Assembly (NCBI GenBank): GCA_030429045.1
Contig: JAUIEA010000006.1
Location: 3,879-67,878, forward strand
Length of the DNA stretch: 64,000 nt
Direction: 5' to 3'
From: Bacteroidia bacterium
Lineage (GTDB): Bacteria > Bacteroidota > Bacteroidia > Chitinophagales > Saprospiraceae
In this document: piece by piece, positions 56,750 to 64,000 of the stretch
Layout of the letters: each line of letters begins with the position of its first letter
How positions within the stretch are numbered: position 1 is the first letter of the stretch
Notes under the pieces: model-generated
Database searches by the model: none
The model's input: only the letters and a program-made list of their open reading frames with translations
What the model was told of the DNA's origin: nothing
Program-made: the position numbers and the translations under genes

Positions 56750-59182
56750 TCAGTGCATGATCACAATCTGTTCGTGTATCACCTGACCTCCTGATGTCTT
56801 CAATTCTATCTGATAAATTCCTGGATTGAATTGGTTCAGATTTAATTCCTGATCCAGTATTCCGGACAGAACCAATTGCCCAACCGAGTTCCAGAGTCGA
56901 AAGGAACAAGGACCAATGCCGGGCTGCATATAGATTTGGCCAGTTGACGGGTTGGGGAAAAGCAAAGGACCAGCTTGTTCCGTGAACGAGTGGTCACTTG
57001 ATGTTGTCATTTCCAGACAAATCCAAACCGGTGACATGGACAATGGCGTTTCAACCAGTGTCTCCTTGGCATAGGCATAGCCATCCACCAGCCACATCAT
57101 CTGACAAGGTGACTCGTCAAACAATGCTTCCTGGTCCATGCTAAAGGTTAAATATGAAGGCGACCAAATGCCTTCTTTTTGTTGACTGGTGAACACCACA
57201 TCGGTTCGAGTCGGTAAAACCGATGCAATCAAATGCGGGTGATCCGTCAGAGAACCTGTTATTTGAATTTCTTTTGGGTGCTTCACACCAAACCAAATGC
57301 CGTAAGGTTTTACACTTTCCAATCGTGGAAAGAGTGAAAAGGTAGTGTCATCGGGGTGCACCCAAAGGGTGTCTTTTAGTAAAAATGAATGGGGGACCAA
57401 CCGCAACTGTTTGCCAATCAAATCCTGGGGCTTGTAATTAAATGGGGATCGGCTGTGCCAATAATTCCTGGCAATACCAAAGACATCTTCTTCATCCACT
57501 TCTCCATTTCCCGAAATATCCAGGTGGACCAAATCCTGGCCGACAATACTGGTTTGATTCCAATATGTCCTTGACTGAGCCGACCAAGAAAGAGGCACAA
57601 ATTCACAAAGCCCTTTCTGGTCAAAATGGTATCGGTGGACAATGAAATCCGCCCCATTTACCTGCCCATCCATATTGACATCCCCTGGCCAGGTTCGCGT
57701 GGGCAGGATTGGATCTGTAATCCCGTCCATGCATTCCGGTCGGTTATCATACAACGTGTTCTGCAAGTGCTTTCCATACGATTTGATGGATGCATGCAAG
57801 CCTTTACCATCGGGTACCGGAGATTCGTACATGCCGCTGACCCCGGCGAGAAGGGCCCAGGCACCGGGCTTTAATTCACCCCGCACTTTTACTCGATACA
57901 AATACGTATAATCCAATTGAGAAATCTCATCCGGCATGGTCCAGTCTACCTCTGATCCTGGAACTCCATCATAAGGAGCCTTGGCATAGTCCACTGACAA
58001 CTGGTTATATCCGGTACCATTTCTGGTCAATTTGGTTCCATCTTTCCAGCTCCCTGTCAGAATGCGATAATATTCTTTTGCCGAAATCGGTGCTGAAATG
58101 GCGAATGGATAACCGGGTGAAGCCTGGTTGAGAAAATACATTGCACCATCCCCCTCCAGAACATCATCATCCCACCAAGGGTTGATACCGGGGCGGACAG
58201 CATACACATGATCATAGAAGATGAAGCTCTGATCACAAGAGTCCGGATCTGTGTAGAAATATGCGGTGTTGTAATCCGGTTCAAATCCCGCCTTCATCGG
58301 GCAGGACAATTCCGGTTTTTGCCAGAATCCGACATACATGGAATCCAGTGGTTGCTTGCTCACATTATGAATCAGGTAATGCGTCAGGATGGCTCGGTTG
58401 GCATTTGCCCCTTCTCCCGGGCATTGCATTGGCGAAGAGATAACATGGACATTCAACGGCATGGGTGTGGCAGATTTCAAGGCCGGATCATCTGCATCAC
58501 CCATATGGAATATGGTATACATCACTTCTTCTCTAACTGCCCATTCCATATCACCATAATCCTTTGGCCAGTCGCCTTGCATCGGATCATAAATCCCATC
58601 TTTATCATGATCATAGTATGGTGCCATCATCTCTTCCGGATATGGAAACGGAAATCCATTGAAGGTTTCAAAATACGGGTTGCCATAGCCTGGCCAGGCA
58701 AAAATGGAAGGGTGTTGAAGCGGGTTGATCACACCGTCATTTCTGTCGGTCCAAAATGCTGTTAATTCTCCATAAGTCACCCGCCAACTGTTATCTCTGA
58801 ATGGCCTGGTTAATTCCGGATCGGCTTTTCCCGTTGCCGGATCCAGAGGACCAAATTGATTTTGTGAAATTTGATCATCATGCTGTCTGATTGCTGTCAC
58901 AACTGGATTGCCTCCTGGCATAGTACCACCAATCCAAATCCCCTTCTTCCAATTAAATGAAAGATCATAACCCTGTTTCCGCAGCATGGCTGGCCCACTC
59001 ATAACCAGTCGACCTGGGGCCATGGTCACCAGAAGGTCGTTTCCCGCCAATGACCGCTTTGCCAGAGTGAGATCCAGTAAAGGAGAATCCTGGCCGATGA
59101 CCCATTGTGCCGCAATACACATCAGAATAATAGATAGATAGCATGAAATGATTCGACTGGCAGGGAGCATTGTGCAATTCAT
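56750..59182 (-). CDS. T9SS-secreted protein of unknown function with dockerin/EF-hand-like Ca-binding loops
   Basis: 810 aa with a hydrophobic N-terminus. GDVNMDGQVNGADF and DISGNGEVDEEDVF are dockerin-type loops. The C-terminus LLFPNPSTGQIYM...GIYQIELKTSGG is a T9SS CTD. Confidence 0.65.
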   Translation of the reverse strand: MNCTMLPASRIISCYLSIILMCIAAQWVIGQDSPLLDLTLAKRSLAGNDLLVTMAPGRLVMSGPAMLRKQGYDLSFNWKKGIWIGGTMPGGNPVVTAIRQHDDQISQNQFGPLDPATGKADPELTRPFRDNSWRVTYGELTAFWTDRNDGVINPLQHPSIFAWPGYGNPYFETFNGFPFPYPEEMMAPYYDHDKDGIYDPMQGDWPKDYGDMEWAVREEVMYTIFHMGDADDPALKSATPMPLNVHVISSPMQCPGEGANANRAILTHYLIHNVSKQPLDSMYVGFWQKPELSCPMKAGFEPDYNTAYFYTDPDSCDQSFIFYDHVYAVRPGINPWWDDDVLEGDGAMYFLNQASPGYPFAISAPISAKEYYRILTGSWKDGTKLTRNGTGYNQLSVDYAKAPYDGVPGSEVDWTMPDEISQLDYTYLYRVKVRGELKPGAWALLAGVSGMYESPVPDGKGLHASIKSYGKHLQNTLYDNRPECMDGITDPILPTRTWPGDVNMDGQVNGADFIVHRYHFDQKGLCEFVPLSWSAQSRTYWNQTSIVGQDLVHLDISGNGEVDEEDVFGIARNYWHSRSPFNYKPQDLIGKQLRLVPHSFLLKDTLWVHPDDTTFSLFPRLESVKPYGIWFGVKHPKEIQITGSLTDHPHLIASVLPTRTDVVFTSQQKEGIWSPSYLTFSMDQEALFDESPCQMMWLVDGYAYAKETLVETPLSMSPVWICLEMTTSSDHSFTEQAGPLLFPNPSTGQIYMQPGIGPCSFRLWNSVGQLVLSGILDQELNLNQFNPGIYQIELKTSGGQVIHEQIVIMH

Positions 59183-59430
59183 GTCGCGAGTTTGACCATC
59201 AATTTCTTTCTTCCATGGCTGAAACAGAGGAAAATATGCTCAAATGTCATCCGCTTACCAAGTCAGTTCCGACTCACAAATCAGCCTGACAATCCAACAG
59301 GCGCCATTCTGTCATGCTCATTTTAACTATTTTGCCATTATGGCATGCTGGTTAGGGTGAAAAATGTCGGTTTGACAGAAAATTCGGCTTGGAACAAGGC
59401 TTGTACTGGATGAGGCAAAAGCAAAACCTC

Positions 59431-59790
59431 ATGAAAATGATTTCGTATTCTCCAGCACAGAGCCGCACAGCGGCAGCAAGCGTTCGTCCCGCGATGAATA
59501 TTCGCGAAGAGAACCAGAACATCGAACTCCAGTTTGTGGTACCCGGCTTCCGTCGGGAAGACCTGACCATCCAGGTCGATGACCAGCATCTGGTCATTAC
59601 CGGTCAACCCCGCCAGGAAGAGATCAACGGCTATGTCCGCCGTGAGTTCCGACCTGCACCTTTTGAAAAGCGGTTCAAGCTGACCGATCGTGTGAATCAA
59701 GATACCATCCAGGCCAAAGTGGAAGACGGCATCCTGCATGTCACCATTGGCCTGATCGAACCCATCCGCCGCGAAATTGCAGTGGCGTAA
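59431..59790 (+). CDS. Small heat-shock protein, Hsp20/alpha-crystallin family
   Basis: Contains NIELQFVVPGFRREDLTIQVDDQHLVITG ... FEKRFKLTDRVNQDTIQAKVEDGILHVTI. The start is uncertain; the ORF-track frame opens at 59389 and I chose MKMISYS at 59431. Confidence 0.8.
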   Translation: MKMISYSPAQSRTAAASVRPAMNIREENQNIELQFVVPGFRREDLTIQVDDQHLVITGQPRQEEINGYVRREFRPAPFEKRFKLTDRVNQDTIQAKVEDGILHVTIGLIEPIRREIAVA

Positions 59791-59828
59791 ACCAGAAAAG
59801 ATTCTTCAACCTTAAAACCAAAATCACC

Positions 59829-60263
59829 ATGAAACCCAGTATCTATCGCCCATTCAGCCCCGTATTTAAAGGCTTCTTTGATGACCTCCTGCCCAAGAAC
59901 ATGACATCCATGTTTGGTGGAGACGATTTCTTCACGACCCCGGCAGTGAATATCAAGGAAACAGAGACCAACTTCCATCTGGAAGTTGCTGCTCCCGGCT
60001 TGCAAAAAGAAGACTTCAAGCTGGCAGTTGAGAACAATATCCTCACCATTTCCGCCGAAAAGCAGAAAAGCGAGGAGGATCAAACTGACAATTACACCCG
60101 GAAGGAGTTCCAGTATGCCAGCTTCAAGCGCAGCTTCCAGCTGCCGGAGCACATCCAGGAAGAAAAGATCCTGGCCACCTACGACAATGGTGTCCTGACC
60201 ATCGATCTTCCAAAGGACGAGGCAACCATTACCCCCAAGGGACGCACCATTGAGATTAAGTAA
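59829..60263 (+). CDS. Small heat-shock protein, Hsp20/alpha-crystallin family
   Basis: 144 aa with PAVNIKETETNFHLEVAAPGLQKEDFKLAVENNILTISAEK ... FKRSFQLPEHIQEEKILATYDNGVLTIDLPK. Confidence 0.88.
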   Translation: MKPSIYRPFSPVFKGFFDDLLPKNMTSMFGGDDFFTTPAVNIKETETNFHLEVAAPGLQKEDFKLAVENNILTISAEKQKSEEDQTDNYTRKEFQYASFKRSFQLPEHIQEEKILATYDNGVLTIDLPKDEATITPKGRTIEIK

Positions 60264-60287
60264 CGAAGCTTTGAAGTTTGGTAAAGC

Positions 60288-60319
60288 AGCCGGCTCCCGC
60301 CCAGGGGCCGGCTTTTTTT
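60288..60319 (+). terminator. Rho-independent terminator after the hsp20 pair
   Basis: AGCCGGCTCC-CGCCCA-GGGGCCGGCT, a 10-bp stem with one G-T pair, followed by T6. Confidence 0.8.
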
Positions 60320-60346
60320 GAATAAGGAATGAGGAAGTTGAAATGA

Positions 60347-60577
60347 GGAATAAGGAAGTTGAAATGTAAAATGAGAAAGGGATATCTCCGAATGCCGAAC
60401 ACCGATTCGATATTGCGATATTTCGTTATTGAGTTATTTCGAACAAGGGATGAGGGATGAGGGATCAGGAATGCCTGTCCGCGGGGAAGGAGGACGGGAA
60501 ATAGGGAATAAGGAAGTCAAAATGTGAAATGAGAAAGGGATGCCTCCGAGCGACGAATCACCGATTCTATATTTCGT
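60347..60577. repeat. Direct repeat pair (~75 nt) in locus C
   Basis: GGAATAAGGAAGTTGAAATGTAAAATGAGAAAGGGATATCTCCGAATGCCGAACACCGATTCGATATT..ATATTTCG lies at 60347-60425. A diverged copy, GGAATAAGGAAGTCAAAATGTGAAATGAGAAAGGGATGCCTCCGAGCGACGAATCACCGATTCTATATTTCG, lies at 60505-60577. Confidence 0.7.
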
Positions 60578-60608
60578 GATTCAAAAGGGCTGAGGACTGA
60601 ATGTTGGG

Positions 60609-60712
60609 CCCTTTACCTTTTACCCTTTACCGGCCTAGCGGAAGCCTGATGCCGGAGTGGCGCCAGCCACTGGCGTAACATGCGAAGGGCGAAGGGCGAA
60701 TAGCGAATAATC
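60609..60712. repeat. Half copy of the composite repeat unit (locus C)
   Basis: CCCTTTACCTTTTACCCTTTACC, then GGAGTGGCGCCAGCCACTGG, then GCGAAGGGCGAAGGGCGAATAGCGAAT. It ends about 30 nt before the thioesterase ATG. Confidence 0.8.
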
Positions 60713-60744
60713 GCGTGTACCCAATGCGAATTATCTTTGCTTCC

Positions 60745-61173
60745 ATGGCTCGTATCAAACTCGACATTCCCGAACACCTACCCTTCCAGACCGAGATCGT
60801 AGTGCGCATCACCGACCTCAACTACGGCAACCACCTGGGCAATGATCGATTGCTGGCCTATCTGCAAGAGGCCCGGGTACAATGGCTGGCATCCGTCGGC
60901 CTGTCCGAACTGGAGGCCTTCGGAGTGGGATTTCTGCAGGTGGACTCCGCAGTCCTGTACAAGGCGGAAGGCTTTTTTGGCGACCGGATCACCATCGCAG
61001 TTGGCACTTCCGACTGGACGCGAAAAAGCTGGGACTTCGTCTATCGCCTCACCTTACCCGACAAGGGCGATCAGATCCTGGCTCTGGCCAAAACGGGAAT
61101 GGTCGCCTTTGACTATGACCATCGGAAAGTAGTAGACGTACCCGAGATATTGATGACCACGTTAGGTGCATGA
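60745..61173 (+). CDS. Hotdog-fold acyl-CoA thioesterase (4HBT/YbgC-like)
   Basis: Starts at MARIKLDIPEHLPF; the ORF-track frame opens at 60715 inside the repeat. VRITDLNYGNHLGNDRLLAYLQEARVQWL matches the 4HBT motif region. Confidence 0.6.
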   Translation: MARIKLDIPEHLPFQTEIVVRITDLNYGNHLGNDRLLAYLQEARVQWLASVGLSELEAFGVGFLQVDSAVLYKAEGFFGDRITIAVGTSDWTRKSWDFVYRLTLPDKGDQILALAKTGMVAFDYDHRKVVDVPEILMTTLGA

Positions 61174-61213
61174 GGCAGCGATGCTCCCGGCGATTGCTTC
61201 TATGGTTGAAAAG

Positions 61214-61250
61214 AGGTTATTGAGTTATTGAGTTATTGAGTTATTTCGAA
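61214..61250. repeat. GTTATTGA word repeat (x3) ending in GTTATTTCGAA (locus D)
   Basis: The sequence is AGGTTATTGAGTTATTGAGTTATTGAGTTATTTCGAA. The same GTTATTGAGTTATTTCGAA word occurs at 60425-60443 in locus C. Confidence 0.7.
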
Positions 61251-61264
61251 AAAATTCCATTTCC

Positions 61265-63100
61265 ATGCGATTTATCTTATTCATGATCCTCACCCTGGGC
61301 TGCCTGGACCTGTCAACTGCTCAAAACGATTGCCCCCTGCAGGTGGGTACCAACCTGGCCGGCCCTGCCGACTACGGCAGTGAATGGCCCCTGGTGGACA
61401 TCATGAAATACGCCCGGACCTGGACGACCCACAATGCCTACTGGGTCGGCGGTGGGGTCAACCCCTGGGACACCCAGGTCCTCTCCTCTTTTGATCTGGA
61501 TGAAAACGGCTGGCCAATGCAGGTCCCCGTCGAAGACATTCCCGGCACCGAAGCCCCGCAAATCGTCCTCACCGTCTGGGCCAATACGGAAGTGTTGCCC
61601 GCGGGGACCTATATCCTCCTCTACGAGGGAGAAGGCACCCTCACCTTGCGGTGGGATGCCCAGGTGATCAACTCCGAACCGGGAAGAATGGAAGTCAATG
61701 TCACACCCGGTGTCGCCAATATCATGGCCCTGGAGATCAACGAAACCAACCCCGCCAATCATATTCGCAATATCCGCTTGCTGATGCCCGGAACCGAGGA
61801 AACATATCAGGAGCAGATCTGGTGTGACCAGTGGATGGCGAAACTGGCCCCATTTTCTGCACTGCGATTCATGGACTGGGGGTATACCAATAATTCACCA
61901 CTTGAAGAGTGGACGGATCGCGCACAACTGACGGACTATGTCTATACGGACGTAGGAATGCCCTACGAATTGATGATCCGGGCCTGCAACGACCTGGACA
62001 AGGACGCCTGGGTCTGCATCCCCCACCTGGCCAGTGACGACTACATCCAGAAAATGGCACAGCTATTCCATGATGAACTGGAGCCGGATCGCAAGCTCTA
62101 TGTGGAATACTCCAATGAGACCTGGAACTGGTTGTTTCAACAAACCCACTATCTCAATGACCAGGGAGACCAGAACACCCCCTGGCCGGAGCGCACCGTG
62201 CCGTTTGTCCAGAACGCCCTGGATATCTGGTCGGATGTCTTTGCCAATGATCTGGACCGCATCGTTCGTGTGGTCGGCGTCCAGCATTCCTGGCAGGACG
62301 TAAGCAATCGGGTGGTGTTCAACATGGAACCGGGCTCCTTCGATGCTTTTGCACCGGCAGCGTATTTCCACATCCCCGGCGAGGGGCACAATGCCCTCAA
62401 GGCACTGGGAAGCAATGTACCTGTCAATGAAGTCCTCTCCTGGGCACGACAGGGCATGCTGGAAGAAGCCTGGACCTGGACGCTCAGCCAGCAATCTTCG
62501 ATCGCAGATGAACTGGGCATTCCCATGCTCTATTACGAAGGCGGCCAGCACCTCACGCCCGATCCCTGGGGTACAGACCAGAATTATGGGCCCGCCATGG
62601 TGGCAGCACAACGGGATTCAGGGATGTACACCCTGTATCGGGAATGGCTGGACTCTCTCAGTACCCTGGGCAATATCCAGACCCCGGGCCTGTTCATGCA
62701 CTTCTCCTATATCGGGGTCCCCAGCCAGAAGTATGGCAGCTTCGGCAGCCTGGAATGCCAGTTTTGTCCGGACGAGTATTTCCCCAAATATGAGGCCCTC
62801 GTAGACTACCAGGAAGATTGTGGTTCAACTACTTCAACCCGTGATCCATCCGACCCAACATCATCTATCAGGGTATACCCCAACCCCTCGCACGGAGGAC
62901 CCGTGATCCTGAATTGGCCCATTCAGGAGTCCGGTCGCCTGTTTATTTATGACATGCAAGGGATACAGGTTTTGGAACAAGCGATCCCTGGCCCGGGCAA
63001 CCACCCGATCACCCTTCCGGACAGGCCCGGTCTCTACACAGGATTCATCCAGACGGAGAACGGGCATCGTCAGCAGGTCAAACTGGTCAGGGTTCCCTGA
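61265..63100 (+). CDS. T9SS-secreted protein, possibly a glycoside-hydrolase-like (TIM-barrel) enzyme
   Basis: 611 aa with signal peptide MRFILFMILTLGCLDLSTAQ. The C-terminus IRVYPNPSHGGPVILN...GLYTGFIQTENG is a T9SS CTD. The catalytic-domain assignment is a weak impression only. Confidence 0.55.
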   Translation: MRFILFMILTLGCLDLSTAQNDCPLQVGTNLAGPADYGSEWPLVDIMKYARTWTTHNAYWVGGGVNPWDTQVLSSFDLDENGWPMQVPVEDIPGTEAPQIVLTVWANTEVLPAGTYILLYEGEGTLTLRWDAQVINSEPGRMEVNVTPGVANIMALEINETNPANHIRNIRLLMPGTEETYQEQIWCDQWMAKLAPFSALRFMDWGYTNNSPLEEWTDRAQLTDYVYTDVGMPYELMIRACNDLDKDAWVCIPHLASDDYIQKMAQLFHDELEPDRKLYVEYSNETWNWLFQQTHYLNDQGDQNTPWPERTVPFVQNALDIWSDVFANDLDRIVRVVGVQHSWQDVSNRVVFNMEPGSFDAFAPAAYFHIPGEGHNALKALGSNVPVNEVLSWARQGMLEEAWTWTLSQQSSIADELGIPMLYYEGGQHLTPDPWGTDQNYGPAMVAAQRDSGMYTLYREWLDSLSTLGNIQTPGLFMHFSYIGVPSQKYGSFGSLECQFCPDEYFPKYEALVDYQEDCGSTTSTRDPSDPTSSIRVYPNPSHGGPVILNWPIQESGRLFIYDMQGIQVLEQAIPGPGNHPITLPDRPGLYTGFIQTENGHRQQVKLVRVP

Positions 63101-63102
63101 TC

Positions 63103-63771
63103 TTATCCAGCCAGGTAATAGGCCAGGCCCAGTCGCAGACCCAGGAATCGGAATCCGACCCGTTCCTCCGGATCATCGATGGTGCCACCGATCCGAATGG
63201 TCGAAAAAGAACCGAACCTGCCATTCAATCCCAGATCGAGGGCCAGGACAGGCGACATGAAATACTGGGCACCGAGTCCCGCTTCAAAACCGGCACCCCG
63301 GGTGACCATGGAAAACTCGCCTACATAATTTCCGGCATCATCAAAATAGGAGATGGGCTCCAGCTGCAGGGATTGCCAGGAAAAGGCGGCTCCCAGCCAG
63401 GGCCGGAATTTGTGGAGGGTCCCCCCGAAATGGGTACGCGCACCCAAAACAAATGTCCGGGAGCGATAGGACTTGTAGTCTTTCTGGGTGTATCCACCCG
63501 CAAACCGGTAACTGGTGTACCCTTCAATTTGCTGTCCGAACCCGTAGGAGACACCCAGAAATCCGCCCAGAAATGCCTCGCCATCGACGTCACCCAGATA
63601 ATAGCTGGAGGACGACCAGGTCTCCCAGATGGGACCACCCCTGACGCTGAAGCCCGCCGTCGATGATTGAATGCCCTGCGCCGATAGACCATTGCCGCCA
63701 AGGAAGACGACACAGATCGTCATCAGGAAGAAACAATGTCTGCGTGAATAGTTCATTGGTCTGGTGTCCAT
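63103..63771 (-). CDS. Small outer-membrane beta-barrel protein
   Basis: 222 aa with a signal-like LMTICVVFLGGNGLSAQ. It is rich in Gly/aromatic beta-strands and ends ...LGLAYYLAG. An alternative start at 63756 gives an ATGA overlap with the upstream stop. Confidence 0.6.
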   Translation of the reverse strand: MDTRPMNYSRRHCFFLMTICVVFLGGNGLSAQGIQSSTAGFSVRGGPIWETWSSSSYYLGDVDGEAFLGGFLGVSYGFGQQIEGYTSYRFAGGYTQKDYKSYRSRTFVLGARTHFGGTLHKFRPWLGAAFSWQSLQLEPISYFDDAGNYVGEFSMVTRGAGFEAGLGAQYFMSPVLALDLGLNGRFGSFSTIRIGGTIDDPEERVGFRFLGLRLGLAYYLAG

Positions 63772-64000
63772 AATATCCTGGCTTCTTTCAAAACAACGTT
63801 GGCAAGTTCAGTGCCTTTCGGAAAGACCACTTCCCCTCTCCTCGAATCACTGTATTCCGGATAGGACAGATCCAGCCATTGTCCGTCTGTGGTTTGGACA
63901 TCCTTGATCCGGAATGCCAGAGCACCTTTCACCTTATTCAGTGAGGATTCAGCCCGGGTGACTTCCGCCCGGATCATTGCCCCGGGACGGATCACCTGAT
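63753..64000 (-). CDS. Hypothetical protein, C-terminal fragment (5' end outside the window)
   Basis: The open frame runs to the window edge and its stop at 63753 overlaps the downstream start. No family recognised. Confidence 0.4.
   Translation of the reverse strand, partial: QVIRPGAMIRAEVTRAESSLNKVKGALAFRIKDVQTTDGQWLDLSYPEYSDSRRGEVVFPKGTELANVVLKEARILWTPDQ

Noticed and set aside
1-64000. Search for mobile elements, prophage, integrases, tRNA/rRNA genes and riboswitches
   Set aside because: None of the translated ORFs showed transposase, integrase or phage hallmarks. I noticed no tRNA-like T-arm (GGTTCGAATCC-type) or rRNA sequence in the intergenic regions. This absence is based on reading only, not on tRNAscan or Infernal.

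Overview
This 64-kb window looks like a Bacteroidota chromosome, probably Saprospiria/Cytophagia-like. The taxon evidence is six proteins with T9SS C-terminal sorting domains, ribosomal protein THX, TAnnTTTG-type -7 promoter boxes and short leaders. GC is in the low to mid 50s by eye, with some clearly AT-richer patches. I saw no rRNA, tRNA, CRISPR, transposase, integrase or phage genes. All domain calls come from motif recognition by eye; no searches were run.

Three regions stand out.

1. 2.3-27.4 kb holds seven caspase-fold proteases: one CHAT and six C14. All keep a His/Cys dyad and all appear to carry signal peptides. They are fused to ANK+TPR, a DUF4384-like domain, long TPR arrays or MORN arrays. 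An M14 carboxypeptidase, an MltD-like lytic transglycosylase, OMP beta-barrels and a DUF4397 T9SS protein lie among them. No NTPase, gasdermin, TIR or CRISPR partner is present. This is my best candidate for an undescribed system: an extracytoplasmic sensor-protease battery.

2. 34.7-46.8 kb is an eight-gene minus-strand sulfur cluster. It encodes two persulfide dioxygenase-rhodanese fusions, a signal-less Mo-bisPGD oxidoreductase, a fused 4Fe-4S/NrfD subunit (Soe-like), SulP, a split YeeE/YedE pair and a porin. It seems to be driven by two promoters, each with a CRP-type palindrome (GTGA-N6-TCAC) exactly 21 nt upstream of a -7 box. A TPR-adenylate cyclase lies next door.

3. 49.8-61.3 kb contains T9SS cargo and small housekeeping genes separated by a family of mosaic intergenic repeats. 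These comprise a ~200-bp composite unit, purine-rich word repeats and arrays of perfect short palindromes. One cargo gene has an AT-rich LRR-like module embedded in an otherwise GC-normal ORF.

Many long ORF-track entries are antisense shadows or translations of repeats and were rejected.
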